From positions 7,191-71,190 of the forward strand of contig JANLHB010000005.1 in NCBI GenBank assembly GCA_024654625.1: 64,000 bases of DNA, in the 5' to 3' direction. Of the stretch, positions 48,691-58,371 are shown piece after piece (positions within the stretch are counted from its first letter, which is position 1; the number at the start of each line of letters is the position of its first letter). Made by a program: the position numbers and the translations under genes. The notes beneath the pieces are model-generated. The model worked only from the letters and a program-made list of their open reading frames with translations, searched no databases and was not told the origin of the DNA. The DNA is from Patescibacteria group bacterium (GTDB taxonomy: Bacteria; Patescibacteriota; Minisyncoccia; GCA-002772825).

Positions 48691-49737
48691 TTCAACCTTG
48701 AAGTGCAACACTCCATACTTCTAATGGGGTCTTCCAGTCGAGGCGTTTCCTCGGACGATTGTTAATTTCACTTTCAACATATTTAATCTCTTCGTCGGTA
48801 ATTATACTAAAGTCTGTTTTCTTTGGGAAATAATCTCTAATCAAACCATTGGTATTTTCATTTGTCCCCCTTTCTCCCGAACAATACGGATGGGCATAGA
48901 AACAACTAAGTCCAATCTCTTTTTCGATAGTTGGCCAATCACTGTTCTCCGGCCCGTTATCTAAAGTAATTGTCTGTTTAAGTCTTTTCGGGACATCCTT
49001 AAATCTCTGCCCCATGGCATCCGTTGTTGCTTTAGCCGTCTTGTCTTTAAGTTTTGTTATGAAAACAATCCCTGACTTTCTCTCTACGGCAGTATTGATA
49101 CCCGGCTTATGGTTCACTGACTCTACGCTGTCTCCCTCCCAGTCTCCAAACCTGACACGAGTATCAATAATGTCCGGCCGCATATCTATGGAAACACCCT
49201 TTGGTTTAAAGATTCTTTGACATCTTCTGGTCCCATTTTTAATCCTCCTTTTTCTTCTTCGGCGCAAATACCGGCGCAAATCTTCATGTCCGGGGCGGAG
49301 ACAGCCCCAGCCATTGCGGTGAACCTGGGCATAGATGTATTGATAAATCGCTTCATGGGAAATCTTCTCTTTTAGGTCAGCTTGTATCCTTCCCGCGATC
49401 TGTTCTGGAGACCATCGGCGCTTCAGCTTTTGGACCACATATGACCGGATTTGATCATTTTTCAGCCTTTCCATTCTCCCACGACTTTTTCTCTTCCCGA
49501 GCGCTCTTTCATGAGCGGCGCGAGGAGTATATCTTTTCCTTTCAATCGGATTATTCCTTTGCAGCTCTCTTGATATTGAGGCCGGGTTTCGACCTATCTC
49601 TGCGGCAATTCTTCTGACCGAAGCTTTTTGCCACAACATTTCTTGTATTTTTTCCCTTTCCTCAATCGTTAAATGCTTGTATTTCATAACACTTTGATAT
49701 TATCTGTTTAATCAAAGTGTTGCACTTACTTGTTGAA
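48691..49737 (-). mobile_element. IS30-family insertion sequence (about 1047 bp) with imperfect ~20-bp terminal inverted repeats
   Basis: The left end, ttcaaccttgaagtgcaacact (48691-48712), is the reverse complement of the right end, agtgttgcacttacttgttgaa (49716-49737). It encloses a single transposase ORF. Confidence 0.7.
48692..49687 (-). CDS. IS30-family DDE transposase
   Basis: N-terminal HTH (LTIEEREKIQEM). DDE region with FGDWEGDSVES and TLDNGPENS. Confidence 0.75.
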   Translation of the reverse strand: MKYKHLTIEEREKIQEMLWQKASVRRIAAEIGRNPASISRELQRNNPIERKRYTPRAAHERALGKRKSRGRMERLKNDQIRSYVVQKLKRRWSPEQIAGRIQADLKEKISHEAIYQYIYAQVHRNGWGCLRPGHEDLRRYLRRRRKRRIKNGTRRCQRIFKPKGVSIDMRPDIIDTRVRFGDWEGDSVESVNHKPGINTAVERKSGIVFITKLKDKTAKATTDAMGQRFKDVPKRLKQTITLDNGPENSDWPTIEKEIGLSCFYAHPYCSGERGTNENTNGLIRDYFPKKTDFSIITDEEIKYVESEINNRPRKRLDWKTPLEVWSVALQG

Positions 49738-49766
49738 CTGACCCTTTCACGCATCCAAGACTGGAT

Positions 49767-50603
49767 TTATTCTTGAATCTGCATTTCTTTTGCGGATGAC
49801 AAAGCTGATAAATCAGGAAAAACTTCCACCCACTTAAGCTCTTGGATATTTAGAGGCGTCCTGAAAAAAACTCTTTGAAAAGCGTCCGCCATATCAGCTT
49901 TAATAAATTCCGCCATTCCAAGGATAAAAGGGTTAGCTCCGGGTGTTATAATCAAATCCCCCTCTTTGACATTATCTACTCTGGGAAGACTAATCTCAAA
50001 ATTCCCGCCTCCTACACCGCTTGCAACAGTAAAAATATTTGTATTATCTACAAGGACATTAATACTTTCTCCGGCGCTTGAGTAAAGCCTTATCCGGCTG
50101 GCGTCCTTGAATACTTTTTCAACATAGCCAAGTAGAATATCGCCGTATGCGCCCACAAGCATTCCTTCTTCTATGCCGTCATCTCGACCTATATCTATAA
50201 TCAAAACATCATAAGGAACTTGAGGAGGACGCAGTGTTACTGAAGCGATAATACTCCTCCTTTCTTCCGTCATCCTTCCTAAAAGATTCTTGAGCTCGTT
50301 ATTCTCTTTCTCTAAGAGGCCAAGAGTCATCAATCTCATATCTTTTTCCATTAACTGTTCCTTCATTCTTAGATTCTCATCAACTAGCAACTCCTTATCT
50401 TTTATAACGCGACTTTTATATTCATACCAATTATTAATAGAGCCTCTCGCGGCAAAAATAGGAGAAGCAATAGAGAGAGTCGCGCTTGAAATGATTCTAT
50501 TTCCGATAGCAAACATTATAGCAATCAAAATCATTGCCAATAACAATGTAAGTATTAAAAACTTCTTTCCTGTTTTTTTATTGTGGCGGGAGATCATCTT
50601 CAT
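49767..50603 (-). CDS. mreC: rod shape-determining protein MreC
   Basis: N-terminal TM helix, a coiled coil and TLRPPQVPYD. It lies downstream of mreB. Confidence 0.7.
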   Translation of the reverse strand: MKMISRHNKKTGKKFLILTLLLAMILIAIMFAIGNRIISSATLSIASPIFAARGSINNWYEYKSRVIKDKELLVDENLRMKEQLMEKDMRLMTLGLLEKENNELKNLLGRMTEERRSIIASVTLRPPQVPYDVLIIDIGRDDGIEEGMLVGAYGDILLGYVEKVFKDASRIRLYSSAGESINVLVDNTNIFTVASGVGGGNFEISLPRVDNVKEGDLIITPGANPFILGMAEFIKADMADAFQRVFFRTPLNIQELKWVEVFPDLSALSSAKEMQIQE

Positions 50604-51630
50604 TCTGGATTAAAACATCTTGAAAGTCATCAAGATTATCAAGAATAATACCCGTACCTCTCACTACGGCTGTCAAAGGTTCATCGGCTACGTAAACAGG
50701 AATTTTAACTTCAGAAGATAAATGCTCGGCAAGCCCCTTAAGATACGACCCTCCGCCCACAAGCATTATCCCTCTATGCATGATATCAGACACTAATTCA
50801 GGAGGAGTCTCTTCTATCACCTCTTTCACAGAGTCCACTAACGACTTGGTAGTCTTGGCTATCGCTTGTCTTACATCAGAAGCGGTCAAAATAACTTCCC
50901 TCGGCAAACCCGTTATAAGGTCCCTCCCTCTCACTGCAGATTCAATATCGTCATCCGCCTCAAGAACGGAACCGATAGCTATCTTCACATCTTCAGCTGT
51001 TTGCTCTCCCAAAAGAATCTTAAACTCATCTCGCGCATAATGAATAATATCTTGATTCAAACGATCGCCGGCCATCTTAAGGCTTTTTGAAAGAACTATT
51101 CCGCCGAGCGATATAATGGCCACATCAGAAGTTCCGCCGCCAATATCAATAACCATATTCCCGACAGGCTCTCCTATGGGTAGACGCATACCGATAGCCG
51201 CCGCCATCGGCTCTTCTACTATATACACGTCTCTGGCTCCCGCATTACGAGCGGCGTCGCGGACCGCTCTTGCCTCAACATTAGTCACGCCGGAAGGGAC
51301 ACCGATAACAACCCTCGGGCGAGACAATATATTTTTTCTATTCTGTTGAGCTCTTTTTATAAAATAAGCTATCATCTCCTCGGCAACTTCAAAATCTGAG
51401 ATAACTCCGTCCACAAGCGGCCTTACGGCATTTATATGAGCGGGTGTTCTGCCGACCATTTTTTTAGCTTCTGAGCCTATTGCCACCACTTGGCCCGTCT
51501 TTTGATTCACGGCGACAACAGACGGTTCATTGATAATAATCCCTTCTCCGCTTACATACACAAGAGTGTTAGCCGTGCCTAGGTCTATCCCTATATTATT
51601 AGAGAAAAAATTATTGAACTTTTTTAACAT
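50578..51630 (-). CDS. mreB: rod shape-determining protein MreB
   Basis: NIGIDLGTANTLVYV; actin-like ATPase. Confidence 0.85.
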   Translation of the reverse strand: MLKKFNNFFSNNIGIDLGTANTLVYVSGEGIIINEPSVVAVNQKTGQVVAIGSEAKKMVGRTPAHINAVRPLVDGVISDFEVAEEMIAYFIKRAQQNRKNILSRPRVVIGVPSGVTNVEARAVRDAARNAGARDVYIVEEPMAAAIGMRLPIGEPVGNMVIDIGGGTSDVAIISLGGIVLSKSLKMAGDRLNQDIIHYARDEFKILLGEQTAEDVKIAIGSVLEADDDIESAVRGRDLITGLPREVILTASDVRQAIAKTTKSLVDSVKEVIEETPPELVSDIMHRGIMLVGGGSYLKGLAEHLSSEVKIPVYVADEPLTAVVRGTGIILDNLDDFQDVLIQNEDDLPPQ

Positions 51631-52855
51631 AATTTAAAATATCTTCTTTTTTTATAATACTAGCCTCTTCCATATTACGCTTCTTTAACTCCACGCCGCC
51701 TTTTTCCATACTCTTCTCGCTTACGACAATCCTGCATGGTATGCCGATAAGGTCGCTATCGGCAAATTTTTCTCCGGCGCTTTTATCTCTTCGCTCATCA
51801 TATAATACTTCTACGCCGGCTTTTTGCAAACTTTCATATATTTCATCTGAAATATCTCTAATAGATTCACTAAGAAGAATCAAATGAACATCAAATGGCG
51901 CCACGTTCTCAGGCCAGATAATCCCCTTTTCATCATTGTGTATTTCAACAATCGTCCCCATAAGTCTTCCTAGCCCTATCCCGTAACAACCCATAAGAAC
52001 CGGAGTATTTACTCCGTCTTCATTCTTATATGTTAGATCAAAAGCATCGGTAAACCTTGTCTTTAGTTCAAAAATATTCCCCACTTCAATGGCTTTCTCT
52101 GTTTTGAAATTAGAATTACCGCACTCAGGGCAAACTTTCTGCTCATTTATAATCTCATCATTTATGGCAACCTTGCAACTATTGCAGACATATATGGTAT
52201 CTTCACCAGCGGAAGTTATAGTCTGAAACTCATGAGAATACTTTGAGAAACTCCCCCCGGAAGCAAAAGTAAGATAAGTCTCATCTCCTATACCGGCTCT
52301 TTTGAAAATATTCTTATAAGCTTGCTTCATTATCTCATAATATCTTTTAAGGTCGTCTTCGTCTTTATGGAAAGAGTAAAGGTCTTTCATCATAAATTCC
52401 CTTCCACGCAAAATACCGGACTTTGCGCGAAGCTCCATTCTGAATTTGTTTTGAATTTGGTAAACATAAACAGGCAAATCCTTGTAAGACGAAACAAATT
52501 TTTTAACAAGCGGAACAACTATCTCTTCATGAGTAGGACCAAGCGCGGTCTCCCTGTCGCCCGAGTCAGAGAGTTTATAAAGATCGTCCATTGTCTCCCA
52601 TCTGCCTGTCTTTTCCCAATTCTCTTTCGGCTGCATTGAAGGCATCAGAAGCTCTACCCCGCCTGATTTATTCATCTCGTCTCTTATTATATTTTCTATT
52701 CTTCTTAAGACACGCAAGCCTAAAGGGAGATACGTATAGACACCCGCCATAGTCTTATCTATAAAACCGGCTTTTATAAGAAGAGAGGCGTTCTTTGACA
52801 CCTCATCCTTTGGGGCGTCTTTAATTGTTTTCGTAAAGAGTTTAGACTGTAGCAT
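51611..52855 (-). CDS. proS: prolyl-tRNA synthetase (short archaeal/eukaryote-like class II type)
   Basis: Class II motifs. The C-terminal zinc-binding region CNSCKV...CPECG. Confidence 0.8.
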   Translation of the reverse strand: MLQSKLFTKTIKDAPKDEVSKNASLLIKAGFIDKTMAGVYTYLPLGLRVLRRIENIIRDEMNKSGGVELLMPSMQPKENWEKTGRWETMDDLYKLSDSGDRETALGPTHEEIVVPLVKKFVSSYKDLPVYVYQIQNKFRMELRAKSGILRGREFMMKDLYSFHKDEDDLKRYYEIMKQAYKNIFKRAGIGDETYLTFASGGSFSKYSHEFQTITSAGEDTIYVCNSCKVAINDEIINEQKVCPECGNSNFKTEKAIEVGNIFELKTRFTDAFDLTYKNEDGVNTPVLMGCYGIGLGRLMGTIVEIHNDEKGIIWPENVAPFDVHLILLSESIRDISDEIYESLQKAGVEVLYDERRDKSAGEKFADSDLIGIPCRIVVSEKSMEKGGVELKKRNMEEASIIKKEDILNYVKKVQ

Positions 52856-52860
52856 TAGAG

Positions 52861-52892
52861 ATAATAATATCCGAAAACCGCCTGTTAGTCAA
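52861..52892 (-). promoter_or_regulatory. sigma70-like promoter TTGACT-17-TATTAT that ends 8 nt before the proS ATG (leaderless-type)
   Basis: Minus-strand read: ttgactaacaggcggttttcggatattattatctctaATG. Confidence 0.45.
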
Positions 52893-52936
52893 AAATAAAT
52901 AAAACGCCTCACTCCTTCGAGAAGGAGTGAGGCGTT
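52891..52936 (-). terminator. rho-independent terminator (15-bp stem plus T-run on the minus strand)
   Basis: aacgcctcactccttcgagaaggagtgaggcgtt, followed on the minus strand by ttatttattttt. Confidence 0.7.
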
Positions 52937-52957
52937 TAAACAAGTATACATTTTGAT

Positions 52958-53031
52958 GCGGTCGTTGCTTTTTATATACATCATCAATTCACAAGATTTT
53001 TTATCCTTTTGAGGATTAGTTATAAATAAAT
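52958..53031. repeat. conserved ~75-bp intergenic element (cggtcgt...tttatatacat...aagat...ttttgaggattaRttataaataa). A second copy lies at 56096-56173.
   Basis: Blocks of 7, 11, 5 and 23 nt are shared in the same order. Both copies lie upstream, on the minus strand, of proS and frr respectively. Confidence 0.5.
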
Positions 53032-53323
53032 GACTGGCTGAATATAAAATTTCTGGCTTCCTGCTTGCAAGGAGAAATTTTAATGAAGCAAAAGGAATAT
53101 TATTTATCCAAGACGAGAACAAATAAAAAATCTGTGGATTTATAATGAAACTCACCTAACCTACCCCTTAGAACCACTGGTAGGTTTTCGTATCTGTCTT
53201 ATTTTGGAGACATTAATAGATTTCATGGCTATGAACTGAGAAGGCGTCCTATAGCCGGGCTTCCCTTTCTTTCCTCCAACTTTTGCATAATTTTTCATTA
53301 TTTTTATTTTTATCTTTTTATTA

Positions 53324-53860
53324 TTAATCCGTAACAATGATTGTTCCCTTCATAAAAGGATGTATCCTGCAATAGTAATCAAATGTGCCGGGTCTTGTAA
53401 ACATAAATATATAACTCTGACCTTTTGCCAAAATCTTAGATTCAAGTTCGGGCAATGGATTTTTCACAATACTGGAATCAGAGGCTATCTGATGCGCAAA
53501 GTTATCTTCATTTGTCCAAGTTATCTCGGTTCCTCTTTTTATAACAATTACCGACGGACTGAAAGCATTATTTTTTATTGATATAAAATTATTTTTGAGA
53601 AGAATTGTCTGATTTGGCTCGGCCTGAGAAGTGGGTTCGCTTGAAGCTTTCGGTATTACTTTTTGAGCGGGGACATTATTCTCGTCAATCAAAGCATTGT
53701 TGTTTTCTTCTATTAAGCCGCTTTTATCAGCTTCACCATCGCCATTATCAATAACCGAATCATCTGTTCTATAAAATTTAAAATAATACACGCTTCCTAC
53801 CGCTATCAATATAACTGCTATCACAAAATATTTATTTATAAAACTTTTTTTATTATTCAT
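53324..53860 (-). CDS. cupredoxin-like (type-1 copper) domain protein with an N-terminal membrane anchor
   Basis: FAHQI...YYCRIHPFMKGT, i.e. His/Cys/His/Met ligand spacing. Confidence 0.5.
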   Translation of the reverse strand: MNNKKSFINKYFVIAVILIAVGSVYYFKFYRTDDSVIDNGDGEADKSGLIEENNNALIDENNVPAQKVIPKASSEPTSQAEPNQTILLKNNFISIKNNAFSPSVIVIKRGTEITWTNEDNFAHQIASDSSIVKNPLPELESKILAKGQSYIFMFTRPGTFDYYCRIHPFMKGTIIVTD

Positions 53861-53896
53861 ACTTTATTTTATTATACTACTTATATATTATATATA

Positions 53897-54997
53897 CTAC
53901 AGTAATTTAATAATATCATTAAATGTGATAACAATCATCAATATTATAAGGATAGCGAACCCAACTCCGTTTAAAATCCCGGTGACTTTCGCATTTATAG
54001 GAGATCTTTTTATCGCCTCTATTAAGAGGAGAAATATTCTCCCTCCATCAAGCGCAGGAAATGGAATAATATTTAAAATAGCCAGGTTGATAGAAAGAAA
54101 AGCGGTGAAACTTAACAGATATATAAAACCAAATTCAGAGGCCTCGCCAACTAAGCCTATAATTCCAACGGGTCCGCTTATCTGAGAAAGACTCGCCTTT
54201 GCCGTAAAAGCATCTTTAAAGAAACTTGTCATACCGACAGCCGTCCCTACGGTAAGATTTATTGTCATTCTTAATCCGGCATACATTGCTTTATAAAAAG
54301 GCATTTTCACAACGCCTATCTCATCCATTGCTATACCTATAGCCGGACTTTCCCCAAAGATACCTTTCTCAGGCTGTATAAAAACAGAAATTACTTCCTT
54401 TCCTCTTTTATAAGAAAGTTCCAGCTCTTTGCCTTCACTTGAAACTATAAAACTTTGGATGGTCTCTGTTGATAATGGAGACACAAGCGATTCACCGTCT
54501 TTTAAAGACAAACTTACAATCGCATCTCCGGCTTTAAGACCGGCTCTCTCAGACGGAGAATCCTTTTTAACATTCAATATAAGCACTTTGGCATCCCTTA
54601 TATCCGCGCCCTCTGGAGCACCGGCAACACTAGTAGGAAAACCGGCAACAAAACCTGCTGTTATAAGAAACCACGCCAAGATAACATTAAAAATCACCCC
54701 GGCAGCAATCACTGCCACCTTTATATAAATAGGCTTGCTCACAAAACTCCTTGGACCGCTCTCATTATCTTCTCCAAAAATTTTTACAAAACCGCCGAAC
54801 GGAATAAGATTTATAGAATAAACTGTCTCTCCTTTCTTGAATTTAAATAGACGCGGAGGAAAACCTATACCGAATTCGTCTACCCTTATACCAGACTTCT
54901 TGGCAACGATAAAATGCCCGAATTCATGGACAAATATCAAAACACCCAATACTATAAAAAATAATAAAATACTCATAAGACAATTTTCAATTAACAA
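53897..54997 (-). CDS. rseP: site-2 protease, zinc metalloprotease RseP (M50)
   Basis: HEFGHFIVAK (HExxH) within the first TM helix, a PDZ domain and LDGGR. Confidence 0.75.
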   Translation of the reverse strand: MLIENCLMSILLFFIVLGVLIFVHEFGHFIVAKKSGIRVDEFGIGFPPRLFKFKKGETVYSINLIPFGGFVKIFGEDNESGPRSFVSKPIYIKVAVIAAGVIFNVILAWFLITAGFVAGFPTSVAGAPEGADIRDAKVLILNVKKDSPSERAGLKAGDAIVSLSLKDGESLVSPLSTETIQSFIVSSEGKELELSYKRGKEVISVFIQPEKGIFGESPAIGIAMDEIGVVKMPFYKAMYAGLRMTINLTVGTAVGMTSFFKDAFTAKASLSQISGPVGIIGLVGEASEFGFIYLLSFTAFLSINLAILNIIPFPALDGGRIFLLLIEAIKRSPINAKVTGILNGVGFAILIILMIVITFNDIIKLL

Positions 54998-55042
54998 TCT
55001 TCAATTTTCATTAAATAATCAATTTTTTAATTTTATAAACAC

Positions 55043-55399
55043 TTATCCTAAAGATGAAGTAATCTTTTGAAAAATTAACGTTAACTCGTGTGATTCTTGC
55101 CATAATTTTTTTATCTCCTCTTTATTTTCTGATATGCACTTTTCAATCATTCTTAGCCAATATTTAGTCTCCTGTGACTCTTTCTTGCAAATAAAAATTT
55201 TATTTCTAAAATCTTTCCTAGAACTGGCATTATTAGCTTCCATGTAATTTGCGCCCACGCTTGTACTGGAACGAATAAGTTGACTAATAACCGGCTTCGT
55301 AACTATATCCTGTTTTACATTCTTACAAAATCCAATAATTTCCTCACCAAATTTTGAAGTTCTCTCTTCCAAATCATATTTATTTGAAGATTGCATCAT
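55043..55399 (-). CDS. four-helix-bundle protein (the family often encoded in 23S rRNA intervening sequences)
   Basis: A 118-aa protein with the TIGR02436-like pattern KF..E....L..Q...SS.S...N..EA. Confidence 0.5.
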   Translation of the reverse strand: MMQSSNKYDLEERTSKFGEEIIGFCKNVKQDIVTKPVISQLIRSSTSVGANYMEANNASSRKDFRNKIFICKKESQETKYWLRMIEKCISENKEEIKKLWQESHELTLIFQKITSSLG

Positions 55400-55444
55400 T
55401 GGTAATTAATTGAAAATTGATCATTGATAACTGGTAATTGACCG

Positions 55445-55996
55445 TCATCCTTTTATTTCTACCTCCTTTTTTAAAGACATCTCTTCCAATACCTTGTTCC
55501 CTTCATCAATAATTTTCTGAAGCTCGTCTTTTAATCTGAACTTATCATCCTCTGAAATATTGCCGTCTTTTTCATCTTTCTGTATCTTATTCCAAACCTC
55601 ATCTCTTTCTTTTTTAAGTGAAATTCTGGCCTCTTCAAGCTTGGCCTTGATAATCTTATTTAATGTCTCCCTTCTCTCTGAAGTTAACTCAGGAAAAGAG
55701 ATTCTTATACCCACATTTGAAGTTGATGGGTTTATCCCTAAATTTGAAGAAGAGATAGCGCTCTCTATAGCCTGCATCAAACTCTGATCCCATGGCTTAA
55801 TCACAATAGTTTTAGCATCTTCCACAGTAATAGCCGCAATATGTTTTATCGGCTGTCTACTACCATAAGACTCCACAAAGATACTATCCAAGATAGCCGG
55901 TGTGGCGCGCCCGGTCCGCAGGCCAGAGAACTCTCTCCCTAACCACTCTTCTATCTCCGTCTTCCTCTTCTTAATGTTTGAAAAATCGTAAGCCAT
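55445..55996 (-). CDS. frr: ribosome recycling factor
   Basis: LRTGRATPAILDSI...; 183 aa. Confidence 0.85.
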   Translation of the reverse strand: MAYDFSNIKKRKTEIEEWLGREFSGLRTGRATPAILDSIFVESYGSRQPIKHIAAITVEDAKTIVIKPWDQSLMQAIESAISSSNLGINPSTSNVGIRISFPELTSERRETLNKIIKAKLEEARISLKKERDEVWNKIQKDEKDGNISEDDKFRLKDELQKIIDEGNKVLEEMSLKKEVEIKG

Positions 55997-56240
55997 ATTG
56001 AAAACTATTATATATTATTTCTTTAGATAAAGAAAACATCTAATAAATTAACAAAATTTTATGTCACCTTTAAAACTATAAGTATATTTTTTCTACGGTC
56101 GTAGATTTTATATACATTGGTCTAATAAACTAATAAGATCTTCAATCGTTTTGAGGATTAATTATAAATAATAAAAAATAGCCCTGCTCCGACGGATCGG
56201 AACAGGGCTAGAAGTTTGAAGTCTGCGACTACGGGGTGCA

Positions 56241-56597
56241 CTAATCAATCAGTTCACCCAACTTGTAGTGTCCCTCGTACGTCGTGGCCGTCACGACGTA
56301 CTTGGCAAGTTCTGGGTCAAAAACCGCGACAGCCCTGTAGAGGTCGGCCGTCGCACGACCGATGGCAATCGCCACAGGGATTCCTACAGTGGCAGGGCGA
56401 TAATCTATTTTGACTCTTAAAATCTTCCCTCCTCTGATTATCCCGTCCAGAATCATCTCGCCCAGGCACGTGACTACGTCACGGATGATGTTGTCCACTT
56501 TCTTTTCCTCAAAACGTCCAACCACAACATTGAGGACGCTACTGTAATAGTTATGATTGATACGGCAACTTCCTCTCCTTCTTCTAACAATCATCAC
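56241..56597 (-). CDS. hypothetical protein (a GC-rich island in an AT-rich context)
   Basis: ORF only. It is followed by a hairpin terminator at 56171-56203. Confidence 0.3.
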   Translation of the reverse strand: MMIVRRRRGSCRINHNYYSSVLNVVVGRFEEKKVDNIIRDVVTCLGEMILDGIIRGGKILRVKIDYRPATVGIPVAIAIGRATADLYRAVAVFDPELAKYVVTATTYEGHYKLGELID

Positions 56598-57033
56598 GCT
56601 ACCCCCTTTTTTTGTTTAAAAGTTTTCAGATTATCAAAAAACAATTATCATCACTAAATCTAGTGTAACTTATAACACAACGGCTGAATTTAGTAAAGAG
56701 TAGAAATATCTACACCACACCAGCTATATTCCTAATGTATACAAAATGAGACGACCGTCTCAAAATGTATACATTGCTGGATTCTTAAATCCATTACATC
56801 GCTGCATTGATTTTCATAATAAAATTGGTAGTATTAACTTATTCATAGAGAGGACTGGCCACCTTTTCTATTTCTCCGAAAGGGGACGACATGAATTAGG
56901 CTGCCGCAAGAGTCAGGGATAGGAGATTGAGTAGCGACGAGCGAAAAACCAGTGTGCAATAACATTGTACGCAGCACTATCATCCTGATGTAATTCTTGC
57001 GGCTTTTTTTATTTAAAAATGCTCTTTCGAATT

Positions 57034-58074
57034 TTATATCCTAAACTCAATCACATCGCCGTCTTTTACTATATACTCCTTCCCTTCCGTCCTTAAAAGC
57101 CCTTTCTCACGCGCGACTGCGTATGAGCCTGCAGCCAACAAATCTTGCCAATTTATAACATCGGCTCGTATAAACTTCTCTTTAAAATCAGTATGGATAG
57201 CGGCTCCCGCTTCCGGAGCTGTAGAGCCTTTCTTTATAGTCCACGCGCGAGTCTCCTCCGGCCCGACAGTAAAATAATTCATAAGCCCTAAAAGCTCGTA
57301 TGCCTCTGTAATAAGTTTATCTATATCACTTTCCACTTCAAGTTCCCTCATCTCCTCTTCTGTCATACTGCTCAATTCTTCTTCAAGTTTAATATCCAAG
57401 ACGATGTGCCTCTTGGCTTTCAATTCCTCAGGTATCAGAGAAGAGCCTGAGGAATTATAAATATACAAGACCGGCTTCATGGTAAGGAGGTGAAGATCTT
57501 TCACTAGCTCCGCTTCCCCTTCATCGAAGCCACTCTCCCGAGCAGGCTTACCACTCTCCAAGGCCGCTTTCACTTTCTCTATGGCACTCATCTTCTTCAC
57601 CGCCTCTTTGTCTTGCATTTTCACTTCCTTCTTAAGCTTGTCAGCCCTCTTGGTCACAGTATCAAGATCAGCAAGCACAAGCTCCGTCTCGATAATCTCA
57701 ATGTCGTTCAAGGGGTCTATCTTGTTGTGGACATGGATAATATTATCATTCTTGAAGACACGCACCACCTGAGCGATAGCGTCTACCTCTCTTATATGGG
57801 AGAGGAACTTGTTCCCCAGGCCTTCGCCCTCGGCCGCACCCTTCACTAGTCCGGCAATATCTACGAACTCCATCGCCGCAGGGATAATCTTCTTCGAGTC
57901 CAGTAAACGGCTCAACCGGCTGAGCCGTTCGTCCGGCACCTCCACCACACCTACCGAAGGGTCGATAGTGCAGAAAGGGTAATTAGAGGCATCAACCCCT
58001 TTCTGAGTTAAAGCATTAAAGAGCGTGGACTTCCCCACGTTTGGCAAACCGACAATTCCTACAGATAATGACAT
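57034..58074 (-). CDS. ychF: ribosome-binding ATPase YchF (Obg family, with a TGS domain)
   Basis: [19 protein letters not shown] and the C-terminus [17 protein letters not shown]. Confidence 0.85.
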   Translation of the reverse strand: MSLSVGIVGLPNVGKSTLFNALTQKGVDASNYPFCTIDPSVGVVEVPDERLSRLSRLLDSKKIIPAAMEFVDIAGLVKGAAEGEGLGNKFLSHIREVDAIAQVVRVFKNDNIIHVHNKIDPLNDIEIIETELVLADLDTVTKRADKLKKEVKMQDKEAVKKMSAIEKVKAALESGKPARESGFDEGEAELVKDLHLLTMKPVLYIYNSSGSSLIPEELKAKRHIVLDIKLEEELSSMTEEEMRELEVESDIDKLITEAYELLGLMNYFTVGPEETRAWTIKKGSTAPEAGAAIHTDFKEKFIRADVINWQDLLAAGSYAVAREKGLLRTEGKEYIVKDGDVIEFRI

Positions 58075-58155
58075 GTCTACTAATCTAACAGATTCTCATA
58101 AAAATAAAAAGCGGCGCGCGGATAAAAAAAATCCGCGCACCGCTTGAGATGAATC

Positions 58156-58371
58156 TTAAAAATAAGATCTGTAAAGGGAAATACAATCGAGACAACAGGC
58201 CCCTCCTGTTTCCTTTATGTCACTACGGCAAACTGTCTCCCTGTTAAGAACTTTACACTTGTCCCTGCCTTGGAAGGAAAACTTCTTTAATCTATCCACC
58301 CTCTTTTTCTTTCTCTCTTTCTTTCTCTTTGCCTTATTCCTGTCTCCCCTTTTCCTCTGCGATATTCCCAT
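58156..58371 (-). CDS. hypothetical small basic Cys-containing protein
   Basis: ORF only. The protein is K/R-rich with CxxC-like pairs. The minus-strand terminator at 58110-58148 follows it. Confidence 0.2.
   Translation of the reverse strand: MGISQRKRGDRNKAKRKKERKKKRVDRLKKFSFQGRDKCKVLNRETVCRSDIKETGGACCLDCISLYRSYF

Noticed and set aside
57895-57935. The palindrome aacggctcaaccggctgagccgtt inside ychF, nearly identical to the intergenic palindrome aacggctcgaccagctgagccgtt at 61021-61044. This suggested a miniature element inserted in frame.
   Set aside because: The YchF protein aligns colinearly with canonical YchF through this segment (..[19 protein letters not shown].. against E. coli ..PDPRLDQLAEIVKPQRTLP..) with no extra residues. 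The palindrome is therefore most likely a by-product of the repetitive RLSRLSRL coding sequence.
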